This document shows positions 52,501 through 63,850 of a stretch of 64,000 nt of DNA, one piece after another. Position numbers and translations under genes: made by a program. The notes below the pieces were generated by a model. It was not told the origin of the DNA and ran no database searches. It saw nothing but the letters and a program-made list of their open reading frames with translations. Within the stretch, counting starts at the first letter, position 1. Each line of letters opens with the position of its first letter. The DNA is from Eledone cirrhosa (lineage: Eukaryota), in contig OZ024743.1 of NCBI GenBank assembly GCA_964016885.1, positions 56,234,001 through 56,298,000 of the forward strand, in the 5' to 3' direction.

Positions 52501-55305
52501 TCCATAGGCAAGGGCCCGGCTACTGGAAGCTGAACGCGTCGTTCCGGCGCGCAAAGAGGCGTTTAGGACAGGCATCGCAACCGACGTGCTTGCGGCGAGA
52601 TTGGCACTCGACTAATTCTTCAACGCAAAGCATGAAGGCTGCTTTGTCAGAGCTAGAATGCGTGCTCTAAGACACGAGAGGACGAAAGCCGTTCAATGGG
52701 CCCGGGTGGCTGAGGCGCGACGTGGTAACAAAGCCACAATTCGGTCTTTGCCTGATCAAAACGGAGGCGTGTTGCTCGAACCCGAGCAGATGTGTTAGGC
52801 TTTTCAGCAGCACTTTGCTGAACTATTCGGGAGCGGCGGCAGGCCAGATGGGGGTATGGAATTCGGTACATACCTCGACGGACTGCCTCGGCTCTCGACG
52901 ACCGCAGCACAGTGTTGCGAAAAGCCGATAACAGCCGGTGAAATACGGGAAGCGATGGCTAACTGCACGAGGGGTAAATCGCCAGGCTTGGATGGTCTGC
53001 CCTACGAGCTTTAAGCATTTATGCCAGACTTGTTCGGTGACCTCTTAGCGGACGTCTACTGCAACTAGCAGCAGAACGGGAGCATTCCCAGTTTTGTGAG
53101 CCGGGGGGCGGTGGCGCTGCTGAGAAAAGACCCGAACAAGAGGGATGTTATCGATAACTTCAGGCCCCTAACCTTACTAAACGCAGAGTTCAAGATTTTG
53201 GCCAAGGTGTTAGCAACGAGGTTGGCGCTTGTCGTCGGGGTCTGGTGGGAGAGGCGCAGACATGCGCCATTCCGGACAGATCCATACACGACAACCTCCA
53301 CCTCATGCGATACATCGTAGAGAGGGTGGTTAAGGAACCTGGCACGGGTGGGGCCCTGATCAACTTGAATCAATCCAAAGCATTCGATAGGGTCGACCAT
53401 CGGTACCAGGCGGCGGTCCTCGAGGCAGCCGGTTTCGAGCCCGTTTTCAGGGGTTGGATCGCTGCGATGTACAGCGACATCTGCTCAGTTTTTATGGTGA
53501 ACGGTCACCTATCGCAGCCGTTCAGCACCTTGCACTCGGTCCGCCAGGGTTGTCCCCTCTCGTCCCTCTTGTACGTATTGGCTCTCGAGCCGTTACTTCA
53601 CAAACTGGGGGCGATGAGGGGCGTCTCACGCGAACTAGGATGCGGGAAATCCGAGTCGGCTTACGCCGACGACGCCACCGTGGTGGTGTCGAGCACCAGG
53701 CACATCCAGATGCTCGGCACTGCTTTCAAGGAATAGGAAGCGGTGACAGGAGCAAAGATAAACCAGAAAAAGTGGGTGGGCTTGCAGCTCGGCACCTGGA
53801 GAGGCAAGTCCATGCCGTCCGATAGCATCGTGGGGCGCTGGACGGACGGACCGGTTAAATTGCTCGGGGTCTGGTTCGGACCGGACCTCGAGATGGAGAA
53901 AAACTGGAGCGAAGTGACGAGCAGGGTGGCCTCTCTCACCCAGAAATGGACCGAGAGGAAGCTGTCCCTGAAAGGCCGGGCGGAGGTGGCGAATGCGTAC
54001 ATCGCATCCGTCATCTGCTACCGCCTCACCGTCGTCTCTTGCCTCGGCCCAACTCTCACCAAAATGGAGAACCTCCTCTTCCGCTTTTTGTGGAAAGGAC
54101 GCGCTCCCATGGTCAAATGATCCATCTGCTGTCAACACCCGTTGCGTGGAGGACTGGGCATGCTGTGGCTGATGATGCGCAAACATGCGGTGAGGCTGCG
54201 ACATCTCTGGTGCTGCCTTGACGGTGAACAGGTGTGGTCGCCGTTCGCCAGGCACGTTTTCCCACAGCTCGTCTCCTTGACGGAGCTGCAGTCCTGGGTC
54301 AGGAAAAGACCGAGGGATAGCGATTGGAAACTGGGATGTCTCCAGGCACTCATCGCCCTCTGCCGGCTGGGCACCAGTATCGGTGGAACATCCACCTCGG
54401 CGTTCTATAGAGGACTAGTGGAGGGGAAGAGCGACGACGTTCTCGGAGAGATCCTGGGCGTCGAAGAAGATCAGCTCTTTGCTCTCTTCCGGAGAACTTT
54501 CAGCCCAGGGCCTATGGATAACTTCCAAAAATCCCTGGCCTGGCAGTGCTACCGGGGAGCGTTGTCGGTTCGAGATAAGCTCTACAGGCACGGAAGTGCC
54601 GTCAGCCGAGCCTGTCCGAGATGCGCGCAAAGCGACGAAACCGTCATGTACGCACTCGTTCAGTGCCCGAGCATTGCTGATTTGTGGAGCTATGTCGAAC
54701 AGTTGCTGTCGCGTGTAGGACTGATCCGGTTATCGACTGAGTCCATTGTGCAGATGGTCTCGCCGTCTTCCATCGAGGAGGAAGGGCAGGCGGTTTTCAT
54801 CTGCCTGGTGGCCATGGCGAAAGAGATTGTGTGGTGGACAAGGTTGAAAGACAGACACTTTCCTCTTCGGCGAATCCCTGATTAACTTTTTCAAGTTTCA
54901 CTTGAAGAGGAAAATCAGGGTAGAGAGGCAAGTTTGTTGAAAGGTGGGTGAATGTAGCGAGAATGGTCCGAGTGAACGGGACCGCTCTGAATATACGTCT
55001 GTAGTTTGAGAAATGGAAAAATTGAGAGAGGGCGCTTGCCCTGATGGTCAGGGTGGCCGTGGGTTTTTTTTTTTTGTGGTTTTCGCCACGAGTAACCCTC
55101 GGAGGTTTCCCCCCTATTGGGGAATTTTTCATTGTTTTAATTTTCATTTTTATTGTTTATATATATATATATGTTTGTATGTCTTTTTTTTTTCTTTTCT
55201 TATATAAGTAATAAAAATCTTTACACGCACAAAACCGACATTGTACCGTCCTGTACCGTCTGTAATGTTTTTCTTGATGTCAGCCTTGTGGCAAATAAAG
55301 AAATC
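49582..55305 (+). mobile_element. Tx1-clade LINE copy J: full length, degenerate, chimeric 5' region
   Basis: ORF1 49785-51776 in pieces; ORF2 51809-55004 in pieces with YADD; ends gtggcaaataaagaaatc then (ATT)n. Confidence 0.93.
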
Positions 55306-55700
55306 ATTATTATTGTTATTATTTTTATTATTATTATTAGCCCTTCGGGTTGTTTTCTGCTGGCATGTGTAGGGTGCATATTGATATTATAAGCAAAAAT
55401 GTATGCATGTAGATATGATACGTCAAATGAAATCGTAATTGACAATATGCACAAAAATTAAACGAAGTCTGTGTTACACTCTCTTCTATAATCAGTAAAG
55501 TAATCAAAACGATATTATATATAAACTGCATCTATAATAAACTAAAATTCGGTATAAAACAAATATGTATCCAGCTATGTTAAAGCGGGAAACCAAATTC
55601 TAATTTTGTTTTATATATATAAAGTAAACAGATATAACAAAGCAAGTGACAGTACATTGAATAAATATATCAGTTTAACGCTTGAAATAGCAGGAAAAGA

Positions 55701-55740
55701 GTCTAAATGTTTCGGATACTAGTCCTTCATCAGAAGATAG
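55701..55740 (-). ncRNA. Minimal hammerhead ribozyme motif, Penelope-type, degenerate stem I
   Basis: Minus strand CTGATGA-a-GGA-ctagta-TCC-GAAAC-atttag. Confidence 0.55.
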
Positions 55741-55854
55741 AGTTAAAAATAGAAGATAAATAGAAAGAAAATGAGTGAGAAGAGGAAGGAACTGGGAAAA
55801 TGAGTTAAAAAGGGGGGGGACAAACACATGCGTATTCAGTCAGCCATTTTTTAG

Positions 55855-56024
<170 letters not shown>

Positions 56025-56130
56025 TATGTAGGTTTTCGAGTGTTGCCGGTGGGTAACCGCAGTTGAAAAAAGATACTTGATATGTTGATGGAGTATAGAT
56101 ATCTTTATCATATATAGAAATTACTTCTAT

Positions 56131-56370
56131 AGGAGGATGAAATTCGGTATGAGGTTTTAAAAACCTTAAATAGAGAAGATATTCTCTGGCTGACTCCTGT
56201 ATGCCAGGTGGCCTGTATCTCTGGAAAGGCATCTAAGCAATGGCAATCGGGAGTGGGAATCCCAATTTTCAAATAGGGAGACAAGAGAGATTGCTCCAAT
56301 TATAGAGGGATCTCTTTGTTAAGCCTCCCCAGTAATGTCTATGCTAAGTGTCTAGCGAAGAGATGTAGGG
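56131..56370 (+). mobile_element. RTE-clade LINE RT fragment
   Basis: Translates EDEIRYEVLKTLNREDILWLTPVCQVA...WQSGVGIPIFK*GDKRDCSNYRGISLLSLPSNVYAKCL. Confidence 0.8.
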
Positions 56371-56373
56371 TTA

Positions 56374-56822
56374 TTATTTGTGGTTAGGTGGGAAATGCTT
56401 ATCGAGAATTGTAAAAATTTTTTTAGGGATTTGGCCCATGGTTTGCAAGTTGAATGGAGCGTTATACCATGTTACATTTCTTTTATGGTTTCTAAAAGGT
56501 TTCCTCTTATTATATTGGGTATGTATAGAAGTTTGAGGGTAGATATTGTTATCAGATGAAATTATAATATTGTGATTGTTATTATGGGTGTGAACTAACT
56601 GTTTAGTAGATTTTTTAATTGTATTAGTTTTTGATTTATTGCTTTTTGTTTGATTTGTAGAGGATATTGGGAGTTTTATTAATGGAGCATTATTGATAGG
56701 ACCTGGAATTCCGGTATCATTCTTGTTATCTATGGTAGTTCGGATATTTTCCCCTGCTTTTTTGGATTGCAAGGATGTAGTTTGGTTATGTTGAAGGTTC
56801 AATGAAATAGGTAATATATCAT
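56374..56822 (-). mobile_element. Penelope-like element fragment (linker between RT and GIY-YIG)
   Basis: KRNVTWYNAPFN...IPKKIFTILDKHFPPNHK resembles the R..W.NPP...IDKHFP motif of Penelope-like ORFs. Confidence 0.6.
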
Positions 56823-57765
56823 TCACACACACATCCCACTAACACCTCTACTAATACACACACTCTCCCCCCGCACGACCCCCTCCACACTCCACTTTTC
56901 ACACCTACCCATCCTCTCCCCTGTCCACCGCACCTCCGCACACACTGACACACTGACTTTCTCCACCAGCCATTCTCCTCTACTGCTGCTATGCCTTGAC
57001 ACGCTGACCACTTCTCCGCACACACAGACACACAGCCCTCTCCACTTGTCATTCTACTCTACCCTCCTCCTGCCTTGACCCTCTGACCACTTCCTGTTGC
57101 GCGCGCACCCCACATCTCCCCTCTTCCAACCAACGCAACCACGGATTACACACATCGACCATCGTTCCCACCATCAACTCCATCACAAGGAAAATATCCG
57201 GCAACTCACCACACCCTCTACGGAACTACCTTAGGAACTTACCCACGGACATACACTCACAAACATTTTTTTTCCAACCACGCCACCTACATACACAATA
57301 CGTATAAACACCACACACACGTGCGTACCCCCACATATACACACTCAGCCTCCGGAATCCCCCCTCCCCACCTCTCTGACCCCTACCCATCCACACGCGC
57401 GCACACACACCGACCTACACCCCACCCCACACACACACCTTTTCCTGAACATGGAACCTCGTTCTTCCCCCAACTCTCACATTCACATACACACACACAC
57501 AGACACACGTACACCTACACACATACACCACCTTCAGCCCTCCCCGCTCGGACACCACACCTCCTTCTCCCCACTCTACCCGCCACCACCCCTACACGCC
57601 CCACACCCTTCCAACACTTGTTTATCTTCATGTTTATTTTTATTTTTATTTTTTTATATTTATTTTTATTTGTACCCCTTCCACCGTTTCCCCCCCCCCC
57701 TTTTTTTCTAAATGTCTCTTCCCCACTCCCCTACACACCCTCGGAACTCTCTTCCCACACACTTT

Positions 57766-57800
57766 TCGCCTGAAGAAGGGCTTATGCCCGAAACGTCGTT
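57766..57800 (+). ncRNA. Minimal hammerhead ribozyme motif, Penelope-type
   Basis: CTGAAGA-a-GGGC-ttat-GCCC-GAAA-CGTC: intact core and stem II, GUC site, weak stem I. AATAAA lies ~35 nt downstream. Confidence 0.7.
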
Positions 57801-57908
57801 CCCCACTCCCCACTCTCAAGAACGTCAAACTAATAAACCTTTGTTCGTACTGCCTCGCTGTTTTGTTCCCGTTCCATTTTTCACTATATATATATATATA
57901 TATATATA

Positions 57909-58753
57909 CTAGCATTAAAGCCCGGCGTTGCTCGGGGTCAGTAAGTTACCAAAGTTAGGTTGCACCACCCATTTTATGGCAGCACTTTTTTGTCTGCCAG
58001 GCACTGGGTGAATGAATTGCAGACCTGGACTGCCGAAGCAGGAGCTGCACCAGCAGTGACAATTGTAGTTTCGCCTATGGATATTATCTCTGTGCAAAGA
58101 AGTGTTAAAATGTATTGTTTCACAGTACTTGCGCAACACGCGCGTAGACGATGCCAGCCGAACAACAGAGCTGCGATGGAGTTGTTCTGCATGGTTGTCT
58201 AATGTGTGTTTTCTAAATTTAAGACAGTAGAGAGGGGTGTGATATGGGGGAGAGTTAGCTGCTGTTTCTAGCAGGTTTAGTGACCTCATAGAGGATATGT
58301 GTTTTCTAAATTTAAGACAGTAGGGAGGGGTGTGATATGGGGGAAAGTTAGCTGCTATTTCGCGCGTAGACGATGCCAGCCGAACAACAGAGCTTGCGAT
58401 GGAATTGTTCTGCATGGTTGTCTAATGTGTGTTTTCTAAATTTAAGACAGTAGGGAGGGGTGTGATATGGGGGAGAGTTAGCTGCTGTTTCTAGCAGGTT
58501 TAGTGACCTCATAGAGGATATGTGTTTTCTAAATTTAAGACAGAAGGGAGGGGTGTGATATGGGGGAGAGTTAGCTGCTATTTCTAGCAGGTTTGATACT
58601 TCTTTCTTCCACGTTCGTTGAGAGATGTTTTAAAAAAGATTTACCGCTATTTTTTTTTTGTTGTTGAATAAATTTATCTGTTGCTTTTGAATAATTGTTG
58701 TCATTGAAGTAAATAAATGTTTGACCATTCCACACTCAAAAACAAACGTTCTC

Positions 58754-58807
<54 letters not shown>

Positions 58808-59145
58808 TCTCTCCTTCATTTCTTTCTCTCTTCTTTCTTCGGCGTTCCTAAAGGAAGTTTGTAAGTTTAAGCGTATATAAGAGAAAGTTGCATGTATGTA
58901 GTTTTATCGAATTTTAAGGAGAGTAGAGAGAGGTTATCAGATTGTATTAGAGGGGTAAAGCGTCATGTATTTAGTTTTATCGATTATTTCCGTAATTGTG
59001 GGTGAGTTTGAAATAAATAAATAGTCGTTGACCTAAGTTAGACCATTTACAACATTCTTACAGACTTTGAGTTGAATCGGTTTGAAATTGTGCAAATGTA
59101 TAAAATTGAAACATACATACAGACCTGCCTTTTATAGATAATGAT
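57909..59145 (-). mobile_element. Non-autonomous Helitron with internal tandem repeats
   Basis: Minus-strand 3' end cccgagcaacgccggg...CTAG has the same hairpin as 36193-36208. 5' end TC...tctataaaagg then (GTAT)n. Flanked by (TA)n. Confidence 0.75.
58139..58593. repeat. Complex tandem repeat inside the Helitron
   Basis: gtgttttctaaatttaagacag...gttagctgct occurs four times; cgcgtagacgatgccagccgaacaacagag...ggttgtcta occurs twice (period ~224). Confidence 0.9.
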
Positions 59146-59994
59146 ATATGATATATATATATAATTGGTGTTGGATGCTTAAAGCGTCCGTATGCGGTAG
59201 GCCGTATGAGCACTCGATGCCCTCGTGGAGCAGAGTATGCAGCGGACCACAATGGAACACTGCACAACCATGAATGCATGACAGCACAAGCTGATAGCAA
59301 TGACAGTTCCAACGTTGCACACCTCGTAGAACACCTTAATAGCACCACCACACCAATTTGCGGACGCCGACTCATTACAAGTGGGATTGGGTCTACAAAC
59401 ATATGTGGTGTTTCAAATTTTCAAATTTCTAAATTTTCAAACTTTCAAATTTTTAATTGCCGATTTCCGATATGCGATTCGTGGTGTTTAATCCGCGACT
59501 TGGATGATGAGCATGATGCTGGTCTTAAGGTTAATGTCGCAGCTAATTGTAATGTTGATGTTAATTTTAATTTTAATTTTAATTTTAATTTTATTTTGAT
59601 TTCAAGTTTTAATTTTGTCGCTCCATGCCGTTGATATACACACGCACACAAAGCATGCCGCTGGCACATTTCATCATACATACACTCCACGTGCGTTTCA
59701 TATATATTGTTATGAAGCACATACCCCTCATATTCCATGTATATATCAAACACATGCACATCTCATATATACTTTTATGAAATGGGTGTTACACATAAAC
59801 ACAATATATATAACTTGTTTGTGCACGCACGCACGACCCATATCCATTCACACAAATCATAAATATTTGACCGTAACGAGTTTCAAGAACTGAAATATCC
59901 AAGGGAAATAACTTCCGTTTACTTGTCATTAGGCCAAACTAGACGAAAGTTATCTACCTTTATACCATACATTAATTATATGATCCTGCGGTGG

Positions 59995-60343
59995 ACGGTG
60001 GATTGGCAGTATCGGTAGAGGCTCGGACGTCATGCTTTGACATATAGAGTTACGGCTCTTGCCATTCTGAGTTCAAATCATGCCGAGGTTAACTTTGCCT
60101 TTCATCCTTACGGAGTCGATAAAGTAAGGTACCAGTAATGCACTGGTTTTGCTGGCCTTGTGCCAAAAGTAGAAACAATTAATTATATGATCCTGCGGTG
60201 AATTGGGGCAGTGAATTGGCAGTATCGGTAGACGGTCTGACATGCTTTCCAGCATAGTTACGTCCCTTTAAGATCTGAGTTCAAATCCCGCCGAGGTTAA
60301 CTTTGCCTTTCATCCTTACCGGGTCGATAAAATAAAGTACCAG
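59995..60343 (+). mobile_element. Two SINE family 1 copies, the second 3'-truncated
   Basis: Heads gattggcagtatcggtaga at ~60001 and ~60214; both are preceded by attatatgatcctgcggtg. Confidence 0.85.
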
Positions 60344-60408
60344 ACTTATTATTTTTATATGAGTCCCCAGTGTCCGCGCATTGCCTGGAGACTTGGCTGA
60401 GAATAGAC

Positions 60409-60488
60409 CTCCCTGATGACGCAATGAAATTCTCAACAGTTCATTACGTAACTGTCTTTATCCTATTGCAGAAACTAATTAGTTGGAG
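60409..60488 (+). ncRNA. Type I hammerhead ribozyme, copy 1
   Basis: Stem I ctcc/ggag; CTGATGA; stem II gcaat/attgc closed by a C.A mismatch around a long loop; GAAA; palindromic stem III (aactaattagtt); GUU site. Confidence 0.65.
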
Positions 60489-60956
60489 TGAAAATTTAAG
60501 TAAGTTAATTCTTTAAAATTTTTTTTTTAAATTTTCTTATTTTACGTCCTTTATATTATTGTTCTGCATCCTCCTGCATTGAACCACCTAGGTACTATGA
60601 CATAACCTGTGTATTTGCTGGCATTGGCGTACATCTGTGCGCTTATGTTAGTAGATATATTAAATTATCTATATTTATCTCCAAATCACTGATTTGTCGA
60701 GCAAACCTGCCAAAACCACTACTAAATTTTTTGGGGGGTGTTAGTAGGCGTCTGTCATCTTACCATCCCATTCCTACTGACTAGCCTCTGTGTCACGTGA
60801 TTGATTCTTTAGAATCGGCCATTTGACCAGTGGCCGTGAGAATTTTCAGTGCCTGGAATCCAGTCCTCGATAGCTGTTCCATTTACCGAATTATTATTAT
60901 TTTTATATGAGTCCCCAGTGTCCGCGCATTGCCTGGAGACTTGGCTGAGAATAGAC

Positions 60957-61036
60957 CTCCCTGATGACGCAATGAAATTCTCAACAGTTCATTACGTAAC
61001 TGTCTTTATCCCATTGCAGAAACTAATTAGTTGGAG
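60957..61036 (+). ncRNA. Type I hammerhead ribozyme, copy 2
   Basis: As copy 1, with one substitution in the stem II loop. Confidence 0.65.
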
Positions 61037-61222
61037 TGAAAATTTAAGTAAGTTAATTCTTTAAAAATTTTTTTTTTAATTTTCTTATTTTACGTCCTTT
61101 ATATTATTGTTCTGCATCCTCCTGCATTGAACCACCTAGGTACTATGACATAACCTGTGTATTTGCTGGCATTGGCGTACATCTGTGCGCTTATGTTAGT
61201 AGATATATTAAATTATTATATA

Positions 61223-61274
<52 letters not shown>

Positions 61275-61484
61275 CTTTTATCCTTCTATGGTGTTTACTT
61301 CTCCCCCTCGCCTTACGCGAATTCTGGTCCCAATAACTTTTTTTAGTTATTGCTCGCACCAACCTGAGGTATCTGATTTTTAATGCGATGAAATACCAAT
61401 GATGGTTGGAAAATCACTGACGAAGGACTGTTTTTATCATATGTAACCCATGTGCAAACCACGCAGTATTCTTCTTTCTTCTCC

Positions 61485-61546
<62 letters not shown>

Positions 61547-61629
61547 CACTATCTATCCCTATCTCTTTCTCACACACAGTCTTACTATCCCCTCTCCACA
61601 GCGTGACCAAAGTTATAATTCCTCTTTTA

Positions 61630-61694
<65 letters not shown>

Positions 61695-61824
61695 GGAAAA
61701 CAATCGACTGTGGTCCGACGTGGAGTGGTATGGGTTCTCCTATATTTAAAATGCTGAAGACAAGTCGTGTGTGAAGACTGTGCCCCTGCGATTCCACCAA
61801 GTGTTAAGAGCTACTTTTTGTTAA

Positions 61825-61972
61825 TGGCGGCGAAATAGCAGAGTCGATCGGATAAAATGTTTCGTGTCATTTTTTGCGATCCTCAGTACACTGAGTTTGA
61901 ATATCGCCGAAGTCAACTTTTTCTTTCATCCATTCTTGGTCGATTAATAAAGTAGCAGTCTGGTACTGGGGG
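61825..61972 (+). mobile_element. Old, divergent SINE family 1 relative
   Basis: ctgagtttgaatatcgccgaagtcaactttttctttcatcc...gtcgattaataaagtagcag. Confidence 0.65.
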
Positions 61973-63191
61973 TCACCTCATCTTCTATATTCATTTATAT
62001 ATATATCTTTCTTTAACTCTATCTTTCGCTGGAAGAATTCTAATAAATTGAGACCTGAAGAGGGACCGGCTTCGACAGGCTAAGATGCCCATGACATACC
62101 GTAACATAGTAACAACGCCTCAATGACTCCAAGAGTTGAGGGCATGGTGGACCATAAATATAACGTTCAAAGGTAAATAACTCTCGTTTAGTTGGTTATG
62201 CTGATTTAAAGTTATTTCCCTTTAAAAATTCGTAATCTTGCGTTTCAGAGTTCAATTCTACGGCTTTTTTTTTTATCATAGCTTCGGGCTGACTCAAGCT
62301 TTGGTAAATGGAAACCTGTCAGATGGACTCTACCTGTAATTTAAAGGTCTAGCAATTTCAAATATTATGTCAGGCTAAATCGGGAATTACATTAAAGGTA
62401 CACGTGCCTTTGGAATACTCAACGACTTACTCTCGGGTCTCGAATCATCGTTCATCCCCGCCCTTATTAACTTTTCAGATTTTTTTCGTACACCCCATTC
62501 TTATCCCAACCCCTCTCCCTGCTTATTAAATTTTACTAATCTATCACCGGCGAAATTTGATTTTTATTGGTAGCATTCCTGCAACAGTTTTCTTTAGACA
62601 TTAAAACAAAACACATACATGACAAAGAGTACATTAATAGAAATTCCATATTGTGAAATAAATAGGATGTGTTGGGGTCTCAATATGTAAACTAAATTAC
62701 TAATTCTGGTTTGTAAAAAAAAAACAACGGAGACAACCTAGAAAATTAGAAGGGAATATGGTAATATGAAAACAGGAGGAGGGGTTGTTAAGGGAAGGGA
62801 ACATAAAATTGAATTAAATAAACTGCTCTATCACATATCACTGTTCTCTCTCTCTCTTTCCCCCTCTCTATCTCCCTCCCTTCACCCTCTCTCTTTCTCG
62901 ATATAAACTATATACAGAAGACTTGAAACCTACACCTGTATGAGACACAAACACACCCAAACACCCACCCTTTCTATACACACGCACACATCAAGAACGT
63001 TTATATGAAATAGGATTGGGAGGTAACCACAGTAAAAGAAAGTACTCAATACATTGGTAGAGTATAAGTATCTTTGTTTTATATTGAAATGACTTCCACA
63101 GGACTAGATTCATTCGTATGAAATCATCCCGATGATTTCATGCGAATGAAACATTTCTAGTTCTGTGGAAATCATTTCTATATAGAATAAA

Positions 63192-63192
<1 letters not shown>

Positions 63193-63234
<42 letters not shown>

Positions 63235-63417
63235 CACAACACACACACAACTCTCTCACACACACACACACACACACAACACACACAACACACACACAAC
63301 ACAACACACACACAACTCTCTCTCACACACACACACACACACAAAACACACAACACACACACACAACACAACACAACACACACACAACTCTCTCTCACAC
63401 ACACACACACACACACA
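63193..63417. repeat. Compound (CA)n microsatellite
   Basis: Directly visible, with a repeated aactctctc spacer. Confidence 0.95.
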
Positions 63418-63540
63418 TATAAATATATATATATATAAAACAAAGGAATTGTGGTAAGGAACCAGATGGACCATAACGCACCAGAGTAATCAATACTTAA
63501 GGTAGTAGAGTCGGAAATAGGAAGAAGTACTTGTTCCTAT

Positions 63541-63588
<48 letters not shown>

Positions 63589-63850
63589 TTAGAGAGGGTC
63601 ATATTATTGTAATATTGCCAGAAATAACAGAACACACTCACTGTTAGGTTGGTTTTCGCTTCTGTATCTTTTATATCTCCATAGTTAATTTATTTGGCAA
63701 TCAATGTTTATCATTGATTGACCAATGGTTAAAAATACAGATATAAATATATATATATAGCCTATCAATGTTCTTTCGTTGCACATCTGCAACATCATCA
63801 GTGGTCCTATTATGTTTCCCCCTGTTGTATTGTATGTCTACGGCATAGCA

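Larger units (their letters stand above)
60346..61217 (+). repeat. Partial tandem duplication (period 548 bp, ~320 bp shared), each copy with a hammerhead
   Basis: About 60346-60668 matches 60894-61217 almost exactly. Confidence 0.92.

Noticed and set aside
7367-55147. ORFs antisense to the LINE ORFs, including hydrophobic poly-Leu/Val ones
   Set aside because: Shadows of stop-poor GC-rich or (AAC/ACC)n coding sequence; no independent motifs.
58139-58593. Repeat-spacer pattern resembling a CRISPR array
   Set aside because: The spacers are themselves repeated, the context is a eukaryotic Helitron, and no cas genes are present.
59160-59634. 142-aa ORF or possible host exon
   Set aside because: No recognisable domain, runs into AT-rich repeats, and no convincing splice sites.
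62052-62085. CTGAAGA...GACA as a fifth hammerhead
   Set aside because: GAAA is not intact and stems II and III are unconvincing.
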